A stretch of DNA of 59,310 bases, taken from the IMG/VR virus record IMGVR_UViG_3300048834_000244, positions 1 through 59,310 of that record. The stretch is one strand, 5' to 3'. The notes beneath the pieces are model-generated. The model did not search any database, was not told the origin of the DNA, and worked only from the letters and a program-made list of their open reading frames with translations. This DNA comes from a virus (Duplodnaviria; Caudoviricetes). Shown piece by piece: positions 46,408 to 55,424 of this stretch. A program made the position numbers and the translations under genes. Position 1 is the first letter of the stretch, and every line of letters begins with the position of its first letter.

Positions 46408-46806
46408 TCAATTCGTCAGTTCAGTTGCATCACCTCGGAAATCGATGTCCGGGATGATGGTCTGAGGTTTGAAGATCACGCGGTAATGGTATGTGCTGGC
46501 CCTGTTCGGCTCCAACTGCTCTACGAAGTACGTCACGTTGTCGGAGAGCCCCAGGAAGTGCTTCTTGAAGGCGTTCGGCCCGACTTTGCAGGTGATCGTG
46601 AGTTGGCCGGCGCTGTCGCTGTTGCCAAGCGAGCAAAGCCCCTCGACGGTAAGTATGTAGGCGCCGGTAATGCCGTTGTAGAAAACGACGCGGCGGTTCA
46701 CCTCGAACATGCCAGCGGCCTTGGATAGATTACGCGACGCCACATCCGCATCAGTACAGCCGGCAAGGATGGATAAGCCCATCAAGGCGAAAACTGCTTT
46801 CTTCAT
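46408..46806 (-). CDS. Conserved phage lipoprotein
   Basis: LAGC lipobox; ADVASRNLSKAA..FE..RRVVFYNGIT motif. Confidence 0.85.
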   Translation of the reverse strand: MKKAVFALMGLSILAGCTDADVASRNLSKAAGMFEVNRRVVFYNGITGAYILTVEGLCSLGNSDSAGQLTITCKVGPNAFKKHFLGLSDNVTYFVEQLEPNRASTYHYRVIFKPQTIIPDIDFRGDATELTN

Positions 46807-47183
46807 CTCATCTCTCTCGCTTCCTTTTTCGCCGCAATGCGCGCAGCCAAAGCCGGGCGGCCATGGTTTTCGTGGTAGCCATGGTCCATCTGGAATTTTC
46901 TGCGCGCTCGTGCCGCTTCCTCGAACGAGCCGAAAAATCCAAGGTGACGGTTCTTCCCACCATGGCAGCATTGCGCGTACCAGCGGCCTGTTCTGCTATG
47001 TCTGTAGACGCCAGGAGCCCCTGAGCTATTGTCTGCGCGGAGCGCCCGGTTTATCTGCTCAAGCGCCGGGCCATTTCCGCCCAGCACTCTGACGGCCGAA
47101 GCCATTTCGGAAACAATCAACTCGCTACGCATTTCCGTCTCGCGCCGTGAGATTTCCCGGTCGCGCCCCTGATTTGGTCTCAT
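46803..47183 (-). CDS. Chimeric protein containing an AP2-like DNA-binding domain
   Basis: NSSGAPGV...WYAQ...HLGFFGSFEEAARAR is an HNH-AP2 C-terminus joined to an unrelated N-terminus. Confidence 0.55.
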   Translation of the reverse strand: MRPNQGRDREISRRETEMRSELIVSEMASAVRVLGGNGPALEQINRALRADNSSGAPGVYRHSRTGRWYAQCCHGGKNRHLGFFGSFEEAARARRKFQMDHGYHENHGRPALAARIAAKKEAREMR

Positions 47184-47611
47184 CTGGAATCCGTTCTCTC
47201 GTAGGTTCATCGGCATGACGAACCGCAGAGCGAAAGGACCGGAACAGCTTGGAAAGATCGCGCGTCGCGTCGTGGCAGACTTGAGACACGCGGGAAGACC
47301 AGCGGTTGAGAGAACCGCTCAAATTGCAGATGCGCCCAAATCCGCAGGGGCGCGCGGGCCGGTCGATGATGTCCCTACCGTAGGCCGGCCCGCAATTGTT
47401 GCGAAGGATGCAGAACGAGAATGAGCCCGCACGGACGCGGATGGCTGATTGCCGCGAATGACAATGCTCCATCGTCACACCCCCGCGTTTCTGGCGATCT
47501 GCTCAAGCCAGTTCGGCTGAGCCGGGATGAGGTCGAGCGCGTCGACGTGCTCATGCGACTGATCGATGAGAGGACGGCGAAACAGGGATAGGAGGCGCGC
47601 GAGGAATGGCA

Positions 47612-47980
47612 TCAGGCGGCGCCCCTCTTGGCAAAGGCTACGACATTCCCGGATCGCTTCGGCTGAGGCTTAGACTTGCGCGGTTTTGGCGGCGTGCTGC
47701 CAAAATCTCTGGCGTAGCCAAGCTTCGGAAGGGGTCCGCCAACGAGCCAGATTTTGACTTGTGCAATTCGATCCGTGGCGAACGGAGAGTTAGTTTCTTG
47801 CCCAATGGCCTCAGCCTTGCGTTTCCCAGCCGTCTCCGTGAGAATCCAGTACTGGTCCCAATATGTTTCTTCGCCGGTCTCGTTGTTCACTCTATTCGAA
47901 TAGGCATGAACAAAGCCGATGTACTTCTGACGCGGCTTTGGCAGACGCGGCGGAAACATTCGACGGAGGAACCACCTCAT
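47612..47980 (-). CDS. Hypothetical protein
   Basis: ATGA-coupled. Confidence 0.65.
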   Translation of the reverse strand: MRWFLRRMFPPRLPKPRQKYIGFVHAYSNRVNNETGEETYWDQYWILTETAGKRKAEAIGQETNSPFATDRIAQVKIWLVGGPLPKLGYARDFGSTPPKPRKSKPQPKRSGNVVAFAKRGAA

Positions 47981-48750
47981 GCCATTGCCCTCGCGCGCTT
48001 GTCGGCACACTCCGCACACAGCGCCTCGGTCGCAAAGCCGATCTTGCAATGACCGTCACGAAGCTTGAGGCAGCCGGGCTTGTCCTTCATGAACGCCGGC
48101 ACGACTTCTTCATCGGAAAGGATCGCCGGGGAGGACGGAGGGACGCCCTCCCCGGCTTTGATCGGCTCAGCCTGCTTGGGAGGAGATGGCTGAGCCGGGT
48201 CCGCGATTTCATCGATCTCGCTCGCGGACGGCGAGGACCCGCCGGCGGGGAGTACGCCGGTCGATTGGTGATTGGTTGCTGTATAGGGCTCCTGCGGAAG
48301 CGCCGCGCGTTTCTGACCGGTCCCTACTTCTGCCAAGTCCCTCTCACCCAGTGTTGGACTTGGATCACCCTGATGGCCCTCGCGGGTTGTAACTGGGGGG
48401 TGAAATTCCGTTGCCGTCTCCGGCTGGTCTTCGATGACCTCTCCGGTTTCGGCGTCAAATTCGTCAGCAGAAAAATTTTTCTCGTTCATATTCGCCAAGC
48501 CAAGCATGTCGGCGTAGGCGGATGCGTGCTCGGCCTTGTCGATGATCTTCCGGACCCGCTTTCTGCCGCCGGTCTCGTCGCGCTCGTCCTGTATCTGGGC
48601 TTTGAGCAGCGCCTTGATTTGGGACCAATCGAGCCCGATGGCCGTCGCCTTTTCCCGCAGGCCGGCGATCAGATCAGCAAGATCAAGCTGCTGCTCGATC
48701 AGGGGATACGCCTCGGTATAGATCGCCTTGAGATCGGAGGAGGAAGCCAT
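47977..48750 (-). CDS. Hypothetical protein (GapR/DUF2312-like N-terminus possible)
   Basis: GGAGG RBS; helical N-terminus and Pro-rich C-terminus. Confidence 0.7.
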   Translation of the reverse strand: MASSSDLKAIYTEAYPLIEQQLDLADLIAGLREKATAIGLDWSQIKALLKAQIQDERDETGGRKRVRKIIDKAEHASAYADMLGLANMNEKNFSADEFDAETGEVIEDQPETATEFHPPVTTREGHQGDPSPTLGERDLAEVGTGQKRAALPQEPYTATNHQSTGVLPAGGSSPSASEIDEIADPAQPSPPKQAEPIKAGEGVPPSSPAILSDEEVVPAFMKDKPGCLKLRDGHCKIGFATEALCAECADKRARAMA

Positions 48751-48896
48751 CTACGCCGCCTCCCGCACAGCCTTCCGGCGGCGCAATTCAGCGTCGACCT
48801 CGGCTTTCGTCCGCCTGACGATCAGGCCATGCTCGGGGTCGAGAAGATGATAGGTGCCCTCTTCGGTCCAGACCGCTCCGCAGCGCAGGTGCTTGC

Positions 48897-49112
48897 TCAT
48901 TGCGCCACCCCTTCTGGTTGAGGGGTGAACATTGTCGCCAGATCAGGGCGCAGATCACGAGGTGGAATGCCAGTGAAGTCTGCCACGGCCGCAACGCGGT
49001 CAGTAGGAACTTGGTCCCACATCGAAATTGCGGAGGGGGAGATGTTAAGGCGAGCCGCCAACGCGGATTTTCGCCCCCTCTCTCGGTTCAGGTATTCGAG
49101 CAACTTCTCCAT
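48897..49112 (-). CDS. cro: Cro-like repressor (YdaS family)
   Basis: LAARLNISPSAISMW..VP..LRPDL; divergent from cI. Confidence 0.9.
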   Translation of the reverse strand: MEKLLEYLNRERGRKSALAARLNISPSAISMWDQVPTDRVAAVADFTGIPPRDLRPDLATMFTPQPEGVAQ

Positions 49113-49119
49113 ACAGCGT

Positions 49120-49165
49120 AATTTAAGTCACGCTGAATTTTCAGTCAAGCTTGATTTTTCAGTGG
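49120..49165 (-). promoter_or_regulatory. PR promoter / OR operators
   Basis: TTGACT-17-TAAATT on the minus strand (49148-49120); TTCAG/CTGAA half-sites; near-identical to PL. Confidence 0.8.
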
Positions 49166-49207
49166 AGCTTTATCGTATCGGCAGTCTGTTTGCCCGATGA
49201 TCCGTGC

Positions 49208-49624
49208 ATGGAAGACGAGACGTTAAAACTGGCGACCCCGACCTCTGTGCGCGAACGCCGTAAGGCGCGCGGCTGGACTCAGCCGGAACTAGCCGAGAAG
49301 GCCGGCATCAGCACGACGGCTGTGCATAATTTGGAAGCAGGCAAGAACGGCTTCACCGACAAGACGCTCGCCTCGTTGGCAACGGCTCTCGGCTGCCGTC
49401 CCGCCGATCTGCTTCTTCCGATGAATGAAAAACCGCAAGAAATTACCAGCGAACCGGAAATCCTGTCCTTCCTCGCCAGGATCAAGGGGTTCACAAAAAC
49501 GGACATAGATGCCGCATTCGGCGTGATAATGTTGGCGCTGCGGGCTAAGCAGGGCGGATCACAATCAGCCGAAAGTCGTGATCAATCTGGGCAGACCACT
49601 CCCCGCCGTGTATCAGTGCCATAG
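49208..49624 (+). CDS. cI: CI-like XRE repressor without S24 peptidase domain
   Basis: WTQPELAEKAGISTTAVHNLEAGK HTH; divergent from cro. Confidence 0.85.
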   Translation: MEDETLKLATPTSVRERRKARGWTQPELAEKAGISTTAVHNLEAGKNGFTDKTLASLATALGCRPADLLLPMNEKPQEITSEPEILSFLARIKGFTKTDIDAAFGVIMLALRAKQGGSQSAESRDQSGQTTPRRVSVP

Positions 49625-49766
49625 CGGTTGAGAGTTCTGCGGCTTTACGCTTTACGAGCATCATCGGATCGACCGGCGGCCCGGCTCCCGCCGCCTCGCG
49701 CAGCCCGGCGACGATTTCCTCGTTTCGCGTTGCGTATCGTCGCGTGATCTGATGACGGATTGCCAA
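49545..49766 (-). CDS. Small protein convergent on cI
   Basis: GGAGAGG RBS before TTG 49766; TTGACT upstream. Confidence 0.5.
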   Translation of the reverse strand: MAIRHQITRRYATRNEEIVAGLREAAGAGPPVDPMMLVKRKAAELSTAMALIHGGEWSAQIDHDFRLIVIRPA

Positions 49767-49901
49767 TTCCCTCTCCCGAGCCAAAGGAGATAGGAACAAT
49801 TTCCTTTTGAGAGAGTCAACCCCCTGCTCTGCCCCTCTCCCGGCCCGCCATGTGCGGGCTTCTTCATGTGCCGATTCGCGCAGGCCGGAGAGCCGGGCAA
49901 G

Positions 49902-49958
49902 AAAAATTCAGTGGCACTGGTTTTTCAGCTTGACTGATATTTCAGCCTGACTTAAATT
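49902..49958 (+). promoter_or_regulatory. PL promoter / OL operators
   Basis: TTGACT(49930)-17-TAAATT; three TTCAG-N-CT(G/T) sites. Confidence 0.8.
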
Positions 49959-50004
49959 CTCCCCATCACCACCGGCAACCGCCGCACCGAAGGGGAGAAC
50001 CAAC

Positions 50005-50334
50005 GTGGCAGACCTTTCCAGCACACGAGATGGCATCATCGAGGCGCTGACGTTTGCGCCGACCGCTCCGACCTTCCTGCGCGATGTCCTGAAGATGAAG
50101 CGCGAGCGCGGTGACAACGACTGCGACGCATTCCGCCGCGTCGCCAAGGAATTCGGCGTCGGTCTCAACGCCACTGTCAGCGGCGCTTCCAATGCGATGC
50201 GCCAGTGGATCGCGAAGCAGGAAGCCGGGAAGAAGCTTTTCTTCAGCTACTCCACCAAGGACGAGCGCAAGGCCTTCCTCGCTGATCTCGATGCCGTTCG
50301 CAACGGCACGTTCGGCGAGCGCCGCGCTGCCTGA
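50005..50334 (+). CDS. First early-left gene, hypothetical
   Basis: GGGGAG RBS, GTG start. Confidence 0.75.
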   Translation: MADLSSTRDGIIEALTFAPTAPTFLRDVLKMKRERGDNDCDAFRRVAKEFGVGLNATVSGASNAMRQWIAKQEAGKKLFFSYSTKDERKAFLADLDAVRNGTFGERRAA

Positions 50335-50362
50335 TCACTTCACCGATTTCTGGGAACCCACA

Positions 50363-50527
50363 ATGGCGAAGCTTCTCACCAAACTCACTCCGGAACAGGA
50401 AACGCGCTCTGCCGATCTTTTTCTCAACGCCGCCTGCGAATGGGCTGCCTCCAATCCATGGCGCATTGCTCAGGTGATTGTCCTGTGCGTCACGGCTCCG
50501 TGCTGGGTGGAGAGGTTGTTGCCATGA
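50363..50527 (+). CDS. Small hypothetical protein
   Basis: MAKLLTKLTPEQE; coupled to the next gene. Confidence 0.5.
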   Translation: MAKLLTKLTPEQETRSADLFLNAACEWAASNPWRIAQVIVLCVTAPCWVERLLP

Positions 50528-50757
50528 GCGCGCTTAGCATCACACGCGACGAGGACGCTCTGCTTCAACTCCCATGGGAACAGCGCGTGCAGGCCTCGAT
50601 CGATTTCGATCGCGCCATTTCCGAGTGGAGCATCGCCCGTCATGGCCGCAAGCGCGGCACTTGGGACTGGCGCTTTGATATGCACCGCGCCCGTCGCGCT
50701 TGGCGTCACTACAAAATGGCCGTCCGCAAGGCGAGGGCCGGGAGGATCGCGGCATGA
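50524..50757 (+). CDS. Hypothetical protein
   Basis: ATGA-coupled; GGAGAGG RBS. Confidence 0.6.
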   Translation: MSALSITRDEDALLQLPWEQRVQASIDFDRAISEWSIARHGRKRGTWDWRFDMHRARRAWRHYKMAVRKARAGRIAA

Positions 50758-51425
50758 CGCAGTACCTGTATCTCGATATCGAGACGATTCCGACGACGAA
50801 TGAGCAGCACATCGCTGAAATCGCCGCGTCGATCACTTGCCCCGGCAATATCACCAAGCCTGAAAGCATCGCAGCTTGGGAGGTTGAGAAGAAGCCAAAG
50901 CTGGTCGAGGAAGCTGTTGCGAAAACCTCCTTCTCCGGCGCCTACGGCAAGGTGTGCTGCGTCGGCTGGGCTTGGGACAACTTCGAAGCGCGATCTACGA
51001 TAGGGAATGACGAGCGTGATGTGATCCAGTCGTCGTTCGACAGGATGAGCCAGAATACCGCGCGCGTCCCCATCGTGACGATTGTCGGCCATTACGTCGC
51101 AAACTTCGACCTTCGCTTCCTGATGCAACGCGCGATCGTTCTCGGCGTCACTCTCCCTGCGTGGTTTCCCCGCGATCCGAAGCCATGGAGCCGTGAGGTC
51201 TTCGACACAATGACGGCATGGGCTGGCGCGAAGGACAGCATCAGTCTCGACAATCTCTGCAAGGTTCTGGGCATCCCCGGCAAAGATGGCGTGGACGGCT
51301 CGATGATCGCTGGCATGTGGCAGCGCGGCGAGATGGACGAGATCGCCGCCTACTGTCGGAGCGACGTGGATCGCGTTCGGAACGTGCATCGCAAGATGCA
51401 GGTGGCTTTTGGAGAAGCGGCATGA
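50754..51425 (+). CDS. 3'-5' exonuclease (DEDD, PolB-exo-like)
   Basis: LDIET, GHY..FD and YCRSDV ExoI-III motifs. Confidence 0.9.
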   Translation: MTQYLYLDIETIPTTNEQHIAEIAASITCPGNITKPESIAAWEVEKKPKLVEEAVAKTSFSGAYGKVCCVGWAWDNFEARSTIGNDERDVIQSSFDRMSQNTARVPIVTIVGHYVANFDLRFLMQRAIVLGVTLPAWFPRDPKPWSREVFDTMTAWAGAKDSISLDNLCKVLGIPGKDGVDGSMIAGMWQRGEMDEIAAYCRSDVDRVRNVHRKMQVAFGEAA

Positions 51426-51976
51426 ACGGCAACCTTGATCTATGGAGCTCGGTTGAGCAAACGCCCCCGGCCCAAACGAAGGCGATCACGGCGGAGCGGC
51501 TCAAAGAACTTCTCGAATATAACCCGATCTCCGGATTGTTTGCATGGCGGAAAAGAAGTGGGCGCGGATCGCATGCAGTCATTGGGAGTGTTGCAGGCAA
51601 CACGAACTCAAAAGGATACGTTCAAATCAAGATAGACGGCACCCTTTATAAGGCTCACAGGCTCGCATGGCTCTATATGACGGGAGAGTGGCCAGTATCA
51701 AACATCGATCACATAAATATGGTGAAAGATGACAATGCATGGTTGAACCTTAGAGAGGCTAACAATTCTCAGAACGGCGCGAACAGACGTGCATACAATT
51801 GCAATACTACAGGAATGAAGGGGGTAACGCGGCGGGGCAATGGTCTCTACCGCGCTCAGATCAAAAAGAACGGCGTCGTAAAGTATCTTGGCGATTACGC
51901 GACCCCAGAGGATGCGGGCGCGGCTTATCAAAAGGCGGCGCTTCTGGTTCACGGTGAATTCGCGAGGGCGTCATGA
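51422..51976 (+). CDS. HNH-AP2 homing endonuclease
   Basis: AHRLAWLY, IDHIN..DN...NLR and AP2 C-terminus. Confidence 0.92.
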   Translation: MNGNLDLWSSVEQTPPAQTKAITAERLKELLEYNPISGLFAWRKRSGRGSHAVIGSVAGNTNSKGYVQIKIDGTLYKAHRLAWLYMTGEWPVSNIDHINMVKDDNAWLNLREANNSQNGANRRAYNCNTTGMKGVTRRGNGLYRAQIKKNGVVKYLGDYATPEDAGAAYQKAALLVHGEFARAS

Positions 51977-52656
51977 GCAATCTTGACCCGCGAATTGAAG
52001 CCGTCCGCGAGATGTATGGCCTTGCGCAATCTGATTTCTGGCAAATCCCGCAGAACAGGCAATGGGTATGCAAGCACGCCGCGCTGGAGATTGTTGCGAC
52101 GAAAGCGAACGTCGAATGGTCGCTTCCGCAGATCATCCAGGCTGACACAGCTGCCGGCATTGCCGTTCTCGCCGTAAGCGGGAAGCTTGGCGATCGGATG
52201 GAATGGGCAACAGGCGAAGCCAGCCCGAAGAACAACAAGAATAGCTATCCGTGGGCGATGGCAGAGAAACGCGCCAAGGATCGCGTGGTTCTCAAGCTGG
52301 TTGGTATCCATGGTCTCGTCTACTCGGAAGACGAGATGTCGAGCGACGAGCCGCGCACCACGGATCAACGGAGCGAACAAGGTCGCCGCGAGGTCACCAA
52401 TTCCAAGAAAGACGCGAGGCCGATCTACACCAAGCTTGTCGAGGACATGCGCCAGCAGACGTCGAAGGACGATCTCCGCCGTTGGATAGCCGACCCGGAC
52501 GTTAAGGCGCTGCGGGCTCAGTTGCCGGCAGACTGGGATGCAAAGCTGAAGCAGGAAGCGGCCGAACACGGCAACTCGCTCGATGCGTCCAGCGATTTCC
52601 CCGGCGATCCGAACTACGCCGACAACCCGCTCACCAAGCTCAGAATGGCGGGGTGA
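51973..52656 (+). CDS. Putative single-strand annealing / recombination protein
   Basis: GEASPKN..YPWAMAEKRAKDRVVLK..YSEDE conserved phage motif; located beside the exonuclease; function inferred. Confidence 0.55.
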   Translation: MSNLDPRIEAVREMYGLAQSDFWQIPQNRQWVCKHAALEIVATKANVEWSLPQIIQADTAAGIAVLAVSGKLGDRMEWATGEASPKNNKNSYPWAMAEKRAKDRVVLKLVGIHGLVYSEDEMSSDEPRTTDQRSEQGRREVTNSKKDARPIYTKLVEDMRQQTSKDDLRRWIADPDVKALRAQLPADWDAKLKQEAAEHGNSLDASSDFPGDPNYADNPLTKLRMAG

Positions 52657-52659
52657 ACC

Positions 52660-53079
52660 ATGGCCCGCAAACCAGAAAAGCCAGTCTATTCGTTTGTCCG
52701 TCGAGGCGACGCCCTCGTACCGGAGATGGAATACGATGTCCGCGCATTGGATGGCGTGAAGCACGGCCAGCGCGTCCGCGTAGACATCAAGGAATGGCGC
52801 AATCTCGACAGGCTCAAAGCCTATTGGGCAATGCTCCATGAGGTCGTGGCCGCGACCGGTGCAAATGGCCTGTCTGCCGAGCGCCTGCACGAAGTGGCGA
52901 AACTTCAGAACGGCTGCGTGGATGTGATCCTGCTCCCGACTGGAATGCCTGTCGCCATCCCTGCGTCGATAGCGCTCGACAAGATGTCCGAGCCGGAATT
53001 CATCGCGTTCTTCCAGAAGGTCGAGGCGTGGCTTGCGCAAACCTACGGCTATGTGCCGGAAGCGCGGAGGGCGGCATGA
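52660..53079 (+). CDS. NinB/DUF1367-like recombination accessory protein
   Basis: RN..YWAML..PASIALDKMSEPEF. Confidence 0.65.
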   Translation: MARKPEKPVYSFVRRGDALVPEMEYDVRALDGVKHGQRVRVDIKEWRNLDRLKAYWAMLHEVVAATGANGLSAERLHEVAKLQNGCVDVILLPTGMPVAIPASIALDKMSEPEFIAFFQKVEAWLAQTYGYVPEARRAA

Positions 53080-53354
53080 GCACCGAAACCATGCTGATGC
53101 TCAAGAGCAAAGTCGCACGTCTGGAAGCGAAGATCACACGTTTACAGGCAGAGGCTGAACTTTACGAGATGATGGCGCACGACCTCGAGTCCGAGCCCCT
53201 GATCGCGGCCATTTGCAAGAAGTTTCCTGAAATCGCGGCTCAATGGGCCGCTTACCCCAATTCGCTCGTGGTGAGCGAACCCGGCGGCAGTCATTCCCCC
53301 TCCCCCGAAACCCCGGCTGCCGCCGGTCCCCATTCTCTCAAAGGTGCAGCATGA
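53076..53354 (+). CDS. Hypothetical protein
   Basis: ATGA-coupled; GGAGG RBS. Confidence 0.6.
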   Translation: MSTETMLMLKSKVARLEAKITRLQAEAELYEMMAHDLESEPLIAAICKKFPEIAAQWAAYPNSLVVSEPGGSHSPSPETPAAAGPHSLKGAA

Positions 53355-53512
53355 CCCGAGCCTGCAAGGTGAAGGCCCATGTCCGCAAGTTGCCGGATCG
53401 CCTCGATACCGAGAAGCACCGCAAACTGGCTGCCGAGATAGGCTTTGTCCCGCGCAAGTGGGTGAAGCCGATCGTTCGCATCCCGGCTCGTTCTCGCACG
53501 GTGGAGGGGTAG
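53351..53512 (+). CDS. Small basic protein
   Basis: ATGA-coupled. Confidence 0.5.
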   Translation: MTRACKVKAHVRKLPDRLDTEKHRKLAAEIGFVPRKWVKPIVRIPARSRTVEG

Positions 53513-53875
53513 ATGGCCATCTCATCGATCCATGTCGACTTCTTCGAACCTGTCGAAATAACCAGAGACGAGGAAATCAAGCTTCAGGAGATCGTGACCG
53601 CAATCTGCGACCGGTACAAAGCCAAGAACCCTGGCAGGACCATGTGGCTGTTCGGCTACGGCTCGCGGCCTCTCACCAACCCATTTCTGGTCGATGACGA
53701 TCACCCCATGGAGTTCGACGATAGCGAACTCTATCTCGAATGCTTCGCGAGAGAGGACTTCTCGTGGCCCTGCGCAAAGTGTGGCCATGAGCAGGGAGAT
53801 CACAAGGGCCTGATCCTCGAACCACCAGCCGGCGATTGTGATTTTGAGCCGGTTCGTGAGCGGGGGGAGTCCTGA
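53513..53875 (+). CDS. Hypothetical protein
   Basis: GGAGG RBS; C-terminal CxxC.H motif. Confidence 0.7.
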   Translation: MAISSIHVDFFEPVEITRDEEIKLQEIVTAICDRYKAKNPGRTMWLFGYGSRPLTNPFLVDDDHPMEFDDSELYLECFAREDFSWPCAKCGHEQGDHKGLILEPPAGDCDFEPVRERGES

Positions 53876-54303
53876 TGGCCCGCCGCGAGTTCACCCGACC
53901 CCAACGCGAGGCAATCCGCCTTCGCGCCACGAATGCGGCCGGCGAGATATGCTGCGAAGGTTGCGGCGCGGTCCTCACTGGCAAGCGCCGCGAGATCGAT
54001 CACATCATCCCTGAAGCGCTTCGCCCTGAGGCTGACAAGAAGAAGCCACTCACGATAGCTGAGGGCCAACTTCTCGGTGAATGCTGCCATCGTGGCCCGG
54101 ATGGTAAGACCCGGCACGATGTAGCCCAGATCGCCAAAGGCAAGCGCCAGAACGCCAAGCAGTTCGATCGCCGCATCGTCCCGGACGGCCCGAAGATGCA
54201 GGGCCATCCGTTCCCCGTCACCAAATCACGCGCCGAGAAGAAGCAGCGGGCTCCGAAGCTCGACTTCACACAGCGCAAGCAACTGTTCGAGGCCCGTCAA
54301 TGA
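53875..54303 (+). CDS. HNH-domain nuclease
   Basis: CEGCG..EIDHIIP..CCH..KT. Confidence 0.8.
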   Translation: MARREFTRPQREAIRLRATNAAGEICCEGCGAVLTGKRREIDHIIPEALRPEADKKKPLTIAEGQLLGECCHRGPDGKTRHDVAQIAKGKRQNAKQFDRRIVPDGPKMQGHPFPVTKSRAEKKQRAPKLDFTQRKQLFEARQ

Positions 54304-55028
54304 CCCCCTCCCTTCCCTGCGCCACGCAAACCGGCTCCCGGCAGGCGGCGGAGACGCTACGCGTCCTGGTCGGCGGAGAATACAGCGGCACGATCCGCGA
54401 CGCGTTCATTGCGCGCGGGCATTATGCGATGTCCTGCGATTTCTCGCCCACGACAGTTCCCGGCCCGCATTACCAGGGCGACTGGGCAGACATTGAAGGC
54501 GATGGATGGGATCTGGCCATCTTTCATCGAACCTGCACGTTCATGGCCAATTCCGGTGCCAAGCACATCTACGCCGGCATGAACAAGGACAACGGCCTCA
54601 ATGAGGACCGCTGGCTGGAGATGGGCCGGCACGCCTGGGCCTTCTGGAAGCACCGCAAGACCTGTCCTGTCCGGTACGCCGCATGGGAAAACCCGGTCAT
54701 GCTCGGCTACGCCCAGCTGATGATCGGCAAACCGGATCAGATCGTGCAGCCCTGGTGGTTCGCGACTGATCCTGACGGCCCGGACAACGTCAAGAAGGCG
54801 ACGTGCTGGTGGGTAAACGGCGGCCTGCCGAAGCTTCGTCGCACGGGGACGCTCGACGGTTCCACGGCCCGCGAGGAGGTGTTTCTCATGGCCCCGACGG
54901 CCGATCCAGAAGAGCGCCGCATGGCGCGGTCGAAATTCACGCCGGGGCACGCCGCAGCCATTGCCGAGCAGTGGGGAGACTACGTCGTCGCGCAGAAGCA
55001 GGCCGATGAGCGGAGGTTTGCCGCATGA
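54300..55028 (+). CDS. Short C5-cytosine methyltransferase-like protein
   Basis: EYSG.IRDAF, SCD, WDL..H..CT, ENPV, QPW.F and KKATC motifs. Confidence 0.65.
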   Translation: MTPSLPCATQTGSRQAAETLRVLVGGEYSGTIRDAFIARGHYAMSCDFSPTTVPGPHYQGDWADIEGDGWDLAIFHRTCTFMANSGAKHIYAGMNKDNGLNEDRWLEMGRHAWAFWKHRKTCPVRYAAWENPVMLGYAQLMIGKPDQIVQPWWFATDPDGPDNVKKATCWWVNGGLPKLRRTGTLDGSTAREEVFLMAPTADPEERRMARSKFTPGHAAAIAEQWGDYVVAQKQADERRFAA

Positions 55029-55423
55029 GCACCGAACACGCCCGCATCTACATCCAGTTCGCCGACAACGGCAACATCCGCAAATGGCAGCGTGAGCCTT
55101 TTGACGGCGGCACGGAGTATGTTGCTGCTGACTGCCAGTCCAAGCCGCAGGCCTTGCCGGATGGGTACGGCGACTACTGGCATTCAATCGATACAGCGCC
55201 CGAAGACCAACATGTCATCCTCGCCACGAGCGGCGATCACGTCGGCGAAGCTCTCATGCTGATCGATGAAGATACCGGTCAGCAAAAATGGACATGGGCT
55301 GGCGGTCCCGTTTCCAAGTTCCATGCGCCGCTTGGTTGGCGGCCAATGCCGTCTCCCATTCGCGCACCTGTTCTAAGCGACAACCGACCGGGTGGCTTCG
55401 ATGGCCCAACAGGAGCTGAATAG
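55025..55423 (+). CDS. Mosaic protein with W..IDTAP domain (DUF551-like)
   Basis: WHSIDTAPED...PLGWRPMP. Confidence 0.7.
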   Translation: MSTEHARIYIQFADNGNIRKWQREPFDGGTEYVAADCQSKPQALPDGYGDYWHSIDTAPEDQHVILATSGDHVGEALMLIDEDTGQQKWTWAGGPVSKFHAPLGWRPMPSPIRAPVLSDNRPGGFDGPTGAE

Positions 55424-55424
55424 T

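Noticed and set aside
47863-53040. Long ORFs 47863-48921 (+) and 51949-53040 (-)
   Set aside because: Antisense shadows of well-coupled real operons.
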